A stretch of DNA of 40,204 nt from Rhodospirillales bacterium (GCA_046582475.1 JAYGEH010000233.1:1-40204), one strand, 5' to 3'. Shown: positions 1-9,435, counted from the first letter of the stretch. Notes: generated by a model from the letters alone, not told the origin. A program made the numbers and translations.

Positions 1-108
1 GTTGATACCGACCAGATCGGCCGCCGTGCGGGCCGTCATTTCTCCGACGAAAAATTCAACCAACCTGTCCTGCTGTTTTTCCGTTAAACGACAACCCTTT
101 AGCTTCAT
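1..108 (-). CDS. IS1595/IS1016-family transposase, N-terminal 36 aa (partial at window edge)
   Basis: Manual translation MKLKGCRLTEKQQDRLVEFFVGEMTARTAADLVGIN matches the IS1016-type N-terminus (..RL..Q..L.E.FV...TAR.AA.LVG.N). Not in the ORF track. Confidence 0.8.
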   Translation of the reverse strand, partial: MKLKGCRLTEKQQDRLVEFFVGEMTARTAADLVGIN

Positions 109-148
109 ATTGCCACCCTAGATAATTGACGTTATCTGGGACAGCCCC
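1..148 (-). mobile_element. Left end of an IS1595-family (IS1016-like) insertion sequence running off the window edge
   Basis: Minus strand starts GGGGCTGTCCCAGATAAC (148-131), resembling the IS1016-type terminal IR, and is followed by a transposase start at 108. The AT-rich flank TTAATTAT (149-156) could be the target duplication. Confidence 0.8.
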
Positions 149-367
149 TTAATTATTACAGTATGTCCATCGATCGTCGTTTCACCAAACAGGTGAAATC
201 CCAAATGCACGGTTGGACCGATACTTTACGTAGTCGGATTGCAGGAGTCCATCGGGGCCGATCGACCAAGGCGAGGGCAAACTTGCCGTCTACGAGGCGC
301 CACTGGAGAGGGGCTCGTCGCCGGCTCACCGCAAAGAAAGAACCTGCTCAACCGGTCGAGGCAATCT

Positions 368-1150
368 CTATAGAGAATGCGAAGGTCGCCAAGCAAATGC
401 CTTGCTTTCAAGCCGGGCGAAGACGCCATGTTCTAAAGCCAACATCAAAATAACAAACATTATAATCCAGGCCAGCACCTGTTCCATGATGAACTGTTCA
501 AACCAAAAGAAGAACATATACCCGATGCCAAACTTGATTCCGAAGGTCTCCGCCAGGGCTACAATTTTCCACGTCATACCAAATCCGAACCGGAAGGCAG
601 AAAAAATGTACGGCAGGAGTTGCGGCACGTACACCTTCCGAATAAGCATGCGATTGTCCGCCTTGAACGACTTCGCCATGTCGATCAAGGATTTATCCAT
701 GGCCTTGGCGCCTTCGAACATATTTACCGCCACAAAGGGCGTGACCACCCCGACGACGGCGACCAGGCTGCCGACTTCGTTGAAACCAAACCAGAGCACG
801 GCGAGAAAAACCATGAGGATAGTGGGCATGGTGAGCAACAACGGGATCAGGGCCATGAGCGAGTGCTCGAAGAGCTTGCGGAGGCCCATCGTCAGGCCAA
901 TTCCAATTCCTGCCAGCATGGCCGCGGCGAAGGCGATGAAAGTTCGGCCCAGCGTGACCCCCATGTGGAAATAGGGCGATTTTCCTTCAGGCCCCAAACT
1001 CCACAAATTCGTCCATATGGTCTTCGCGATTAACACTGGTCCCGGCAGGACCTCGACATCAGCCATCAAAATGGCAGCCGCCCACCAAATGATAAGCATG
1101 ACAACGATTGAGCCAACTCTTAGACAGATGCCTCTGGCGCGTGTAGACAT
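368..1150 (-). CDS. ABC transporter permease, NitT/TauT (SsuC/TauC-like)
   Basis: 260 aa hydrophobic; EAA-like loop 'LIDMAKSFKA..LIRKVYVPQLLPYIFSAFR' and 'WKIVALAE'. Confidence 0.92.
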   Translation of the reverse strand: MSTRARGICLRVGSIVVMLIIWWAAAILMADVEVLPGPVLIAKTIWTNLWSLGPEGKSPYFHMGVTLGRTFIAFAAAMLAGIGIGLTMGLRKLFEHSLMALIPLLLTMPTILMVFLAVLWFGFNEVGSLVAVVGVVTPFVAVNMFEGAKAMDKSLIDMAKSFKADNRMLIRKVYVPQLLPYIFSAFRFGFGMTWKIVALAETFGIKFGIGYMFFFWFEQFIMEQVLAWIIMFVILMLALEHGVFARLESKAFAWRPSHSL

Positions 1151-1963
1151 CTAGTCCTGCGCATCCAAAACGCTGAAAAATTCTCTGACCAGTTCTTTCT
1201 CTAAATCGAAGATTACCGGGTCTTCAGGCTTTCGCGGCCTTGGAACGTCAACCGATATTTCCTTAAAAATTCGGGCCGGCTTCGCGCTCATCATGTAAAT
1301 CTCATCGGAAAGGAAAACCGCCTCTCCCAGATCATGGGTCACGAACAGAATTGTCGGCTTGGCCCGCATCAAGATCTCCATCAGGTCGAACCTCATCTTC
1401 CTGGCGGTGATTTCGTCCAGATGACTGAAGGGCTCGTCCATTAACAAAATGTCTGGTTCAATAGCGAGAGCGCGGGCAATGGCAACCCTTTGCTGCATTC
1501 CGCCAGAAAGGTTCAAGGGAAAGTTTTTCTCCTGACCCTCGAGCCCAACCATCTCCAAATATTTTGTAACCTGTTCACGCCATCTCTCTCTTGGGAATTG
1601 TTGCGATTCAAGGGCAAATTGAATGTTGCCCTCGACCGTCAGCCAGTTGAGTAGCCTGGCGTTCTGGAAGACATATCCAATTCGTGGTGTCGAGCCGGCT
1701 TCGGCTGACTTGTGAAATACTTCAACCGAACCGCCTTCATGGGATTCGTGCGTCTCGATGCCGGCGATGATGTTTAACAGAGTGGACTTTCCGCAGCCTG
1801 AAGGACCGACGATGGCGGCAAACTGTCCCTCATTCACGTTCAGGCTTATGGAGTCCAGGACAACAAATTCCCCTCCATTCATTGGCAAGTTAAATTTCTT
1901 TGTCAGGTTGTTGACCGCGACAACCGTGTTAGCCGCGGCAACGCTCTCGGTTTGAATATTCAC
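1151..1963 (-). CDS. ABC transporter ATP-binding protein, NitT/TauT (SsuB/TauB-like)
   Basis: Walker A GPSGCGKS, signature LSGGMQQR, Walker B LLMDEPF, H-loop VTHD; GTG start with GAGG RBS. Confidence 0.95.
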   Translation of the reverse strand: MNIQTESVAAANTVVAVNNLTKKFNLPMNGGEFVVLDSISLNVNEGQFAAIVGPSGCGKSTLLNIIAGIETHESHEGGSVEVFHKSAEAGSTPRIGYVFQNARLLNWLTVEGNIQFALESQQFPRERWREQVTKYLEMVGLEGQEKNFPLNLSGGMQQRVAIARALAIEPDILLMDEPFSHLDEITARKMRFDLMEILMRAKPTILFVTHDLGEAVFLSDEIYMMSAKPARIFKEISVDVPRPRKPEDPVIFDLEKELVREFFSVLDAQD

Positions 1964-1972
1964 AAACTATCC

Positions 1973-2743
1973 TCAACTCGCAATTTTATGTCTCCAAGCG
2001 AATGTGCGCTTCTCCCACACACGAAACACCAGAAGATCGATGGCTACCATTAAGATCATGAAGCTTACACCCCAGGCAAGCATCATATCGACCCGGGTAT
2101 CTTCAAACCAGTATATCAGCTGTTGGCCAACTCCGGTGCCCACCCCGAAGGCCTCGCCGACCAAAGCGATCTTCCACGACAAGGACAAGGCTATTCGAAG
2201 AGCGGAAAAAATAAATGGCATAAGCTGAGGAATAAGCACTTTCCGAATTATAAGGGATCGGCTGGCCTTATATACCGTTGCCATATCGACCAATTGCTTA
2301 TCCACTGCCTTGGTGCCCTCCCAAATGTTCATCGTAACGAATGGGAAGACGATCAAGATGATGGTGAGAATTGGGCCCATGTCCGACAGGCCAAACCATA
2401 AAACGGAGAGAAATGCCCAGCAAATTGCCGGAAACGTCAGGAGGACCATGATCCAGCTGTCGAAAAAGGCCTCGATGTTGCGCTCTAACCCCATTAATAG
2501 GCCAAGCGCCGTACCAATTAGCATGCAAATGACCACACCCTCTAAAATACGGACAATGGTCACCCAGACCACGAGGTAAGCAGCCGGGTCCCCATATACC
2601 ATGATCATACGATCCAGCAGCACAAGGGGACCCGGCAAAAAGACCTCCAAAAAAAGGAGGGAAATTGCCTGCCAAAGAAGCAGGCAACCGACAATCGTCA
2701 AAACCCCCGGTAAAATACCAGGCTTAAGCCGTAGGGTTTTCAC
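1973..2743 (-). CDS. ABC transporter permease, NitT/TauT (second permease)
   Basis: 256 aa hydrophobic; 'LVDMATVYKAS..IIRKVLIPQLMPFIFSALR' and 'WKIALVGE'. Confidence 0.92.
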   Translation of the reverse strand: MKTLRLKPGILPGVLTIVGCLLLWQAISLLFLEVFLPGPLVLLDRMIMVYGDPAAYLVVWVTIVRILEGVVICMLIGTALGLLMGLERNIEAFFDSWIMVLLTFPAICWAFLSVLWFGLSDMGPILTIILIVFPFVTMNIWEGTKAVDKQLVDMATVYKASRSLIIRKVLIPQLMPFIFSALRIALSLSWKIALVGEAFGVGTGVGQQLIYWFEDTRVDMMLAWGVSFMILMVAIDLLVFRVWEKRTFAWRHKIAS

Positions 2744-2757
2744 TATTTTCCGCTTTA

Positions 2758-3744
2758 CTATTCGAGGATTAGCGCAATTTTATTCTTGTCGGGTACTTTC
2801 TTCAACACGCCGCGCTTAACGGCCATCTCGAGGAACTTCCACTGAGCATCGATCACTTCGCGGTCCCACCGAGCCAAATAGATACGGTTCGCCTTCAGCA
2901 TCTTCTTATAAGCTTCCGCTTGGGCCTGGTTTTTTACCGCAGCTAACGTCCCAAACTTCTTGACGGCGGCGTCCAAATTTTCGCCCTTCCTGAGCCATTT
3001 AAACGTTTCATGGGTTGCCGCCACGAAGCGTTTTGCCCTATCACGGTCTTCCTCGACCCAGCTTCTCCATGCGACGATGGGCGCAGACCACACGATGGGA
3101 TGCCCAGTCTTCTTTTTCCAGTAATCATTCGGGGCAAAGATGGAACGGTATTTGTTCGGTTGGGAGAGGGCCGAAATCGTCAAGGAGCTGATGTTGAACA
3201 TTGAGTCGACGTTGCCCCGTTCCAGGAGCTTGACTAAGGCCGGCGCCGCCGCTTGCTTAAACTCGGTGTCCTTCAGGACATCCATCCCAAAGCCGTCCAT
3301 GATCACGGCCCTTGTCGCCTTGAACGCGCCTGCACCCGTGGACCAACTCGCGAATTTCTTCCCGCGCAGGTCGGAGATCGTCTTGAACGGGGAATCCTTG
3401 CGGACGAAGACCTCCTGCATCACGGTCAAGCCTCCTCCGATAACGACCCAGTCCAATCCCTGGTTTATCTTCGCGATGGCGGCCGTGCCTGGATAAGTTG
3501 TGACCAGGCATTCTTTGGCGGGAAGAGATGCCGCGAAGCCCTTGAATGGCCGCGCGTCGATCTCGAGGTCGATACCATGCTTGCGATAAATGCCGGCGTC
3601 TCTACCCCCAAAATAGTTTAGGACGAAGACACTGTTTCGGGGCGTCACGATTTTAATCTTTGTTAGTTTTTGAGCCATCACCGGAGCGGTGACAGAGACA
3701 GAAATCAGTAAACCAGATATTGCTAGAATAATTGCCTTCTTCAT
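2758..3744 (-). CDS. ABC transporter substrate-binding protein, SsuA/TauA/NMT1-like
   Basis: ATG at 3744 with GGAGG RBS gives signal peptide MKKAIILAISGLLISVSVTAPVMA; 'GIYRKHGIDLE' and 'DSPFKTISDLRGKK' are typical of the fold. Confidence 0.9.
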   Translation of the reverse strand: MKKAIILAISGLLISVSVTAPVMAQKLTKIKIVTPRNSVFVLNYFGGRDAGIYRKHGIDLEIDARPFKGFAASLPAKECLVTTYPGTAAIAKINQGLDWVVIGGGLTVMQEVFVRKDSPFKTISDLRGKKFASWSTGAGAFKATRAVIMDGFGMDVLKDTEFKQAAAPALVKLLERGNVDSMFNISSLTISALSQPNKYRSIFAPNDYWKKKTGHPIVWSAPIVAWRSWVEEDRDRAKRFVAATHETFKWLRKGENLDAAVKKFGTLAAVKNQAQAEAYKKMLKANRIYLARWDREVIDAQWKFLEMAVKRGVLKKVPDKNKIALILE

Positions 3745-3837
3745 TTTATTCCTCCCTTTTCCGTTCGAGGCCACGATCGTATCACAACCAGGCCGAATGG
3801 TCGATCAACGTAGGAATTTGTCAAGCAAATTTACTTA

Positions 3838-4506
3838 GAGCCTATCCGAATTACCCGGCCGATCGGAAGCAGATGATGGCGTATGCGAGGTGGAGCATGG
3901 CGAGGTAGTTTTCACTTTTCTTTTCCCATCGGACGAGCAGCCGGCGGAAGCGGTTGAGCCAGCTGTGGGTGCGCTCGACCACCCAGCGGCGGGGCTTGAC
4001 GCCGTCTTTGCGCTTGGCGGCGGCCTCCTGGCGGCGGCTTCGGATGTGGGAGGTAAAACCCAACTGGTGAAGGAAGATGCGCACGGGGTCGGAATCGTAG
4101 GCCTTGTCCATGCACATCCCCTGGGGCCGATCCTCGGTGGCATCGGGCCGTTCGACGGGAATGCTGGCGAGGGTCGCCTCGACCAGGGTCACATCGTGCC
4201 GGTTGGCGCCGGCGATGGCAATGCCGAGGGGCAGGCCGGCGGCCTCGGTCATCAGGCTGCGGTTGACACCTTGCTTGTCTCTATCGGTTGGATTTCTACC
4301 GGTTTTTTGTCCCCCGCCAAGGGCGCCTTGGTGCTCGCCCCGTCCATCGAAAGCCATGTCCAGTCGAGTCCCTTGGTGGCGTCGTAATGGTCAAGGCCCG
4401 ATGCCCAAAGCCGCTCGAAAAGACCCGCTTGCCGCCATTCCTGGAAACGGGCATGGGCCGTCGAGCCCGAGCAGATGCCGGTGGCGTCCAACGCCTTCCA
4501 TTGGCA
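3838..4506 (-). mobile_element. 5'-truncated IS5-family element (IS427/IS1031-like, frameshifted two-ORF transposase)
   Basis: OrfA remnant CQWKAL..STAHARFQEWRQAGLFERLW..SMDG joins OrfB (DKAYD, RWVVERTHSWLNRFRRL..RWEK, stop at 3851) via an A6 run at 4303-4308. Terminus GAGCCTATCCGAA at 3838 is preceded by TTA. The start of OrfA and the other IR are missing. Confidence 0.88.
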
Positions 4507-4561
4507 ATTCATTCGATCCGGCGAGTTCGGACAGCACCAATGTGTTACTTCGTCTGGGCGC

Positions 4562-5764
4562 TCAATTTTTCCATAGTCGGTCGGTGGCGAGCGCCGCACC
4601 TTCTCCGAGCGCCCTGATTTTTGCCCAGGTTATCGAGGGTGCGATCCTCAAAACAGGACCGGCAAAGGTGGAAAATCCGCAATCGGTCCCGGCGATGACC
4701 CTCTCGCGGCCAACGATATTTGCGTATCTGCATATCCGTTGTTCGACCAGGCGCGGATGTTCCACGAAATTGGTGGTCGTATCGATAACGCCTGGTATCA
4801 AGATCATATCGTCCGGCAAATTGGCGTTTTCTAGATCCTCCCATTCGTGTTCGTGACGCGGATTTGCGCCCTCGAACAACAGCGCCTGTGGCCGCGCCTT
4901 GATGCAAACCGGCAAGATAACGGAAAGCGGCAGATCATGGGTATGCGGCCCCTCATAATTACCCCAGCAAATATGCATGCGCATATCTTCGCGCGGAATA
5001 TTTCGCGTGGCATGGTTGAGCGCCTCAACATTACGCTCGGCAATTTTCAGGAATTCCGCCTCGGACAAATCCTGGTATTGATTGTGGCGGGCCGAACAAA
5101 GATCGGGGCAGTCGATCTGTAGCAGCAACCCGGCGGCGTGGATGGCCTCGTACTCTTCGCTCATGGCGTCGGCGAGATCGGAAACGTAGCGGTCTTCGTC
5201 GCCGTAATGCATGTCGGGAACGAATTTGGTCAATACCCCCGGCGAGGCGGCATTGATGAACGCTTCGGCGGGATTTGAATTCGCAACGGCCGCCTGGAAT
5301 TGGTCGATGTCCCGCTCAACCAGCGTGCGATCGCCGTAGGATACCGGGCCAATGCAGGCGGGCAGCGCAATGCCGGTGTTGAATTGCCGCCCCTTCGCGC
5401 CGATCGACCGCCACGGCGCGTTTTTCTGGAGCTCATGGAAATCCGGATGATCGAGAAAATCCCTGTTGACCGCGGTGCCTGGCGCCGCGCCGGCCTCCTC
5501 GCCGCGGTCTCCGACGCCATTAAGCCGGTGTTTCACATAATGGGCATAGGAGATTTTTCCCATTTCGCCATCGCTGACCACATCAACGCCGGCGTCAACC
5601 TGCATGGCAACGATTTGGCCCACGGCTTCGGCGGAAAGCCGGTCCAGCGATGCCTGATCGAAATTCTCATCGTCGAGTTGCGATTGAAGCGCTTGGAGAA
5701 GCGGCTCGGGACGAGGCAAGCTACCGACGTGGGTGGTCAGAATTCGATCATCGCTGTGTTTCAT
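4562..5764 (-). CDS. Cobalamin-independent methionine synthase II family protein (MetE C-terminal half / epoxyalkane:CoM transferase-like)
   Basis: TTHVGSLPRP, DVVSDGEMGK, Zn ligands in HICWGN and GTDCGF; 400 aa single barrel. Confidence 0.9.
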   Translation of the reverse strand: MKHSDDRILTTHVGSLPRPEPLLQALQSQLDDENFDQASLDRLSAEAVGQIVAMQVDAGVDVVSDGEMGKISYAHYVKHRLNGVGDRGEEAGAAPGTAVNRDFLDHPDFHELQKNAPWRSIGAKGRQFNTGIALPACIGPVSYGDRTLVERDIDQFQAAVANSNPAEAFINAASPGVLTKFVPDMHYGDEDRYVSDLADAMSEEYEAIHAAGLLLQIDCPDLCSARHNQYQDLSEAEFLKIAERNVEALNHATRNIPREDMRMHICWGNYEGPHTHDLPLSVILPVCIKARPQALLFEGANPRHEHEWEDLENANLPDDMILIPGVIDTTTNFVEHPRLVEQRICRYANIVGRERVIAGTDCGFSTFAGPVLRIAPSITWAKIRALGEGAALATDRLWKN

Positions 5765-5948
5765 GATGAGGCCTTACCGGGTAATCGGTATCAGGGAACC
5801 AACGATTTATAGCTTGAGCGAGCGGCATCTTCCAGGCACCGAAATTGGCCGCCAACTTGCGTACCATTTAATTGCAAGAACGCTGCTTTATACTTAGGGT
5901 AATTCATTGCTCGCACAATTTCCGCAAACGCACACCGAGGGAGGAGAC

Positions 5949-6731
5949 ATGAACCAGGAAACCGTGCTTACCAAACCGCAGGAACCTTGGATCGGATCCC
6001 GGGGGCGAATTGCCGTTATCATTCCTTCCACCAACATCGGTGTCGAATACGATTGCCAGAAATTGATCCCGCCTGGCGTTTCGTGGCATTTCTGCCGGTT
6101 TTATATCGAGCAGCCGGACCTTTCCAGCGACGACATGTTCATGGCCTTCATCGAAGCCATCCGCCATACCATCCCCGACGCCTTGCGCGACGCGATGACG
6201 TGCGAGCCGTCGCAAATCATGATGGGGATGTCGGCGGAGACGTTCTGGGGCGGGCTCGAAGGCAACACGGAATTTACCGAACGGCTGCGCGACGTGGTCG
6301 GCCACGAAATCGGAATCACCACCGGTGCAAGCGCCCTTGACGCGGCCTTGAAAGTCTTCGGCGCCAAAAAAATTGCCGCCCTGACGCCCTATCAGCCGAT
6401 CGGCGATCAACAGGTCCACCGTTTCCTGGAAGAAACCGGATATGAAGTAACGAAAGTCATCGGCCTCAAATGCGATACCGCTACTTCCATTGCCCACACC
6501 CCGCCCAGCGAAGTGATCGATGTGGTATTGAACCAGTTGGACGGCGACGATGTGGACGCCATTGTCCAGGCGGGAACCAATCTTTCGGCGTTGGACCTAT
6601 TTCCGGCATTGGAAAAGCAACTCGGCAAACCGGTCATTCCAATCAACGTCGCAACGATTTGGCATACCTTCCGGACCACCGGTATCGAAGATAAATTTTA
6701 TGGCAAGGGCTGGCTATTCGAACGGCATTAG
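5949..6731 (+). CDS. Asp/Glu racemase superfamily protein (arylmalonate decarboxylase / maleate isomerase-like)
   Basis: RIAVIIPSTN, KKIAALTPY, QAGTNL, LGKPVIPIN; ATG at 5949 preceded by GAGGAG. Confidence 0.85.
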   Translation: MNQETVLTKPQEPWIGSRGRIAVIIPSTNIGVEYDCQKLIPPGVSWHFCRFYIEQPDLSSDDMFMAFIEAIRHTIPDALRDAMTCEPSQIMMGMSAETFWGGLEGNTEFTERLRDVVGHEIGITTGASALDAALKVFGAKKIAALTPYQPIGDQQVHRFLEETGYEVTKVIGLKCDTATSIAHTPPSEVIDVVLNQLDGDDVDAIVQAGTNLSALDLFPALEKQLGKPVIPINVATIWHTFRTTGIEDKFYGKGWLFERH

Positions 6732-6773
6732 TGCGCGGCAAGCAAACGCCTAATTCGGGGGAGAAAAATTATA

Positions 6774-7973
6774 GTGCCGAAGCGGAAACAGGTAACCATT
6801 GCCGGGGCCGGACCGGTGGGATGCGTTGCCGCTCTGATACTCGCCCGCGCTGGCGTATCGGTTGAGGTTTTGGAAGCGGAATCGGATTTGGTGCCTGACC
6901 TGCGTGCCTCGACATTTCATCCACCGACCCTGGACATGTTGGCCGAGCTGGGGGTCACGCCCAAACTGGTCGATCAGGGCTTGATCACTCCCAAATTCCA
7001 ATACCGGGACCTGGACGATGGCTTGATCGCGGAATTTGACCATGCGTTGATCAAGGATCACACCGATCATCCGTTTCGCCTACAGTGCGAACAATTCAAA
7101 CTGACCCGGGTAGTCGCCGGCATGCTGGAAGACTTTCCCGACGCCTCCATTCGATATGATTGCCGCGTGACCGAAGTGTCTCAGAATGGTGACGGCGTAA
7201 CTGTTCGCGTCGATACGCCCGGCGGGATCGAAGAAACCATATCCGATTACCTGATCGGCTGCGACGGTTCCCGCAGCGTGGTCCGCAAATCAATCGATGT
7301 GGAATTCGAAGGCTTAACCTATCCCGAACAGTTCGTGATCGCCAGCGTATCCGAGCCCATCGACGAAATCGTACCGGACATGGGCCATGTGGCCTATATA
7401 TCCCACCCCAAAGAATGGTGTGCGCTGATTCACGCACCCGATTTCTGGCGATTCATGTATCCGATTCCCGTCGACATGACCCAAGAAGAGGCGTTCGAAG
7501 ACGAATTTTTGCAGCAAAGACTCAAACGCCTGGTGCCCTATGAAGGCCATTACAGCACCAATCATCTGTCCATGTATGCGGTCAACCAAAGGGTCGCGAA
7601 ATGCTACCGCCGGGGGCGCGTACTGCTGGCCGGAGATTCTGCCCACGTCAACAATCCGCTCGGCGGCATGGGCATGAACGGCGGCATCCATGACGGCATA
7701 ATCCTGGCCGAAAAGCTTGTTCAAATACTCAATCACGGCGCCGATGATGGATTGCTCGATCTCTATGACCGGCAGCGCCGCCCGATCGCCATCGAATATG
7801 TCCAGGCGCAGACCATGCGCAACAAGAAAAACCTGGAAGAAACCGATCCGGAAATCCGCAAGCAACGGCAAGGCGAGTTGCGGGTGGTGGCCGAGGATCG
7901 GCAAATGTCCATCGATATGCTTCTGCAGACCTCGATGATCAACGGGCTACGCAAATCGCTGTCTATTCAGTGA
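6774..7973 (+). CDS. FAD-dependent monooxygenase (group A, MhpA/PHBH-like)
   Basis: GAGPVG Rossmann motif, 'LIGCDGSRSVVRK' DG motif, 'LAGDSAHVNNPLGGMGMNGGIHD' GD motif. Confidence 0.93.
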   Translation: MPKRKQVTIAGAGPVGCVAALILARAGVSVEVLEAESDLVPDLRASTFHPPTLDMLAELGVTPKLVDQGLITPKFQYRDLDDGLIAEFDHALIKDHTDHPFRLQCEQFKLTRVVAGMLEDFPDASIRYDCRVTEVSQNGDGVTVRVDTPGGIEETISDYLIGCDGSRSVVRKSIDVEFEGLTYPEQFVIASVSEPIDEIVPDMGHVAYISHPKEWCALIHAPDFWRFMYPIPVDMTQEEAFEDEFLQQRLKRLVPYEGHYSTNHLSMYAVNQRVAKCYRRGRVLLAGDSAHVNNPLGGMGMNGGIHDGIILAEKLVQILNHGADDGLLDLYDRQRRPIAIEYVQAQTMRNKKNLEETDPEIRKQRQGELRVVAEDRQMSIDMLLQTSMINGLRKSLSIQ

Positions 7974-8064
7974 TTGCAGGCCTGCCATTTAAGCGAATTA
8001 GCTGAAATGCTGTAATAAAGAGGGGACTTGGCTCATAAATATATCCAATCCCATCTCGCAAACC

Positions 8065-8258
8065 ATGACGGCGGGCGCATCGGTGCGCGCCAACGACGAT
8101 ATCGCCCGCGTGAGCCCAGGCCGGCCCGGGCCTGGGGCCTGGCGGCGATCCGCGGCGGCATCCGCATCCACGAATTCGAGCATCCCGAACTGGTGCGCGT
8201 GCAGGACGCGGCGATGATGGTCGGCCAGGGCGCGATCGCCGCGTCCTGCGGCGCCGAT
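8065..8258 (+). pseudogene. Internally deleted Rieske oxygenase alpha-subunit remnant (LigX/phthalate-dioxygenase-like)
   Basis: Frame from ATG 8065 gives MTAGASVRANDDIARVSPGRPG, like the family N-terminal 'RVGPGTP.G' motif. A second frame gives 'FEHPELVRVQDAAMMVGQGAIA', homologous to 'LHHPDLAIVQDIAVQAGQGRTV' in the neighbouring Rieske fragment. Confidence 0.55.
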
Positions 8259-8294
8259 TTAAAACCCCAACTAAAACCCCAATTAAAATCCCAA
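8259..8294. repeat. 3 x 12-bp tandem repeat (TTAAAACCCCAA / CTAAAACCCCAA / TTAAAATCCCAA)
   Basis: Seen directly. On the minus strand each unit reads Leu-Gly-Phe-stop, the last codons of the 8283-8915 ORF. Confidence 0.9.
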
Positions 8295-8930
8295 TGTGGG
8301 TTCCACCTCCGGCGGCGGCGTGGTCCAGGCCTTGGGCTGGCCGCCCCCGGCAATGGCTTTCAGCTCGCGGGTCAGTATCTTGCGCCACGCGATGATGCCG
8401 TTGTCGGAGCGGCCGAGCCGTTCCAAGGCCCGGTCGACGGTGCGCCCCTGGCCGGCCTGGACGGCGATATCCTGGACAATCGCCAGGTCCGGATGGTGCA
8501 AATTTTGGTAGACTCCCTTGCCCGCCATCAGCTCCAGCGCCACCTCCAACGAGGACGGGTCGTTCTCCATGCTGGCGTAGAACGCCTTGCGCTTGTCGCG
8601 GAACGCCTCGGCCTCCTTGCCGGTTACCTTCATGTGGCTGGTGATCATCCAAAGATGGTTTTCATCGTCGATCGGGGTGAAGCTGAAATAGATCTCGGCC
8701 CAGCCGCCGATGCCGTCCATGCCCGCCGACGACCGCACCAGAACGCGGGTGCAGTTGGGCGCATAGTGCAGGCTCAAGCGCACCCCGCCGTTGGCGCGCG
8801 TGCCGGTGCGCAGCATGCCCCAACCGGTTTCTTCGGCCGAGATTTGCGGCAGGTCCTGCATCGCCCCGTGGGTGCCGCCGTCCCGGTGCACGAACGACAC
8901 ATGCACCTCGTCCATCGAGTTCTCGCCCGT
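8283..8930 (-). pseudogene. Rieske oxygenase alpha subunit, catalytic domain only (LigX/VanA/Pht3-like); Rieske [2Fe-2S] domain lost
   Basis: ENSMDEVHVSFVH (D-x2-H-x4-H Fe site), 'TPIDDENH', 'QDIAVQAGQG', 'ERLGRSD.GII.WRK'. No CxH/CxxH Rieske motif upstream; the sequence degenerates beyond about 8930. Confidence 0.8.
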
Positions 8931-9114
8931 AGCAGTTCCAAGTTGCCGGCGGTGAATTCGGGCGGCTCGGATTTGGTCAGGCCGCCGAAAAGGGCAAGGA
9001 GGCCTGGCCCAAGGTCAAGGCGATCCTCGCCAAGGCTTGACCGTGCGAAGAATTGACCGTCCGGTGCGGGGCGGGCCAAGCTGGTGCCGTAATGGAATAC
9101 AAAGGGGGGCAATC

Positions 9115-9205
9115 ATGAACCTGATCGAAAATACCCTGTCCAGCGACAAGCAGGCCGAAATCAACCATTTGAAGGTTGCCTCATCGGCCGGGACGCCCGG
9201 TTTTG
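9115..9205 (+). pseudogene. Isolated N-terminal gene stub, possibly a third Rieske oxygenase start
   Basis: Purine-rich RBS then MNLIENTLSSDKQAEINHLKVASSAGTPG. The 'GTPG' ending resembles the Rieske-alpha N-terminal motif; it abuts an inverted fragment. Confidence 0.3.
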
Positions 9206-9435
9206 CGCCTCGATCATGGCGTCCAATGCCGATGCCGCCCGCCCCTTGGCGGCTGGCGCGCCGTCACCGATGGTAACAAAACTTTCCGCCCAATTGCCGA
9301 TATATTTGACTGCAATGCAGGCGGCCATGGGATCGCCGCGGCCTTCGGTGTTGCCGTAAAACGGCACCAAGGTGCGGCCGCCATCGATGCTGAACAGCAC
9401 GCGGACACCGTGCGCTGCTGACGGCGGCGAAGTCG
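9205..9435 (-). pseudogene. Fragment of an M24-like gene paralogous to 10926-12032
   Basis: VRVLFSIDGGRTLVPFYGNTEGRGDPMAACIAVKYIGNWAESFVTIGDG aligns with VRCLYSVDGGQSFRPYEGLDTARGDPSIVYMALRARGYWVDGFITLGNG. Confidence 0.8.

Noticed and set aside
163-453. 96-aa plus-strand ORF
   Set aside because: No recognisable motif or RBS, and it overlaps the permease 3' end in antisense.
8933-9040. Plus-strand peptide ending ..GKEAWPKVKAILAKA* as another gene remnant
   Set aside because: Looks like a plausible C-terminus but is too short to assign and competes with a degenerate minus-strand Rieske reading.
8028-9056. 342-aa ORF as a real gene
   Set aside because: Mostly the antisense frame of the Rieske fragment; only about 35 codons near 8140-8250 look protein-like.
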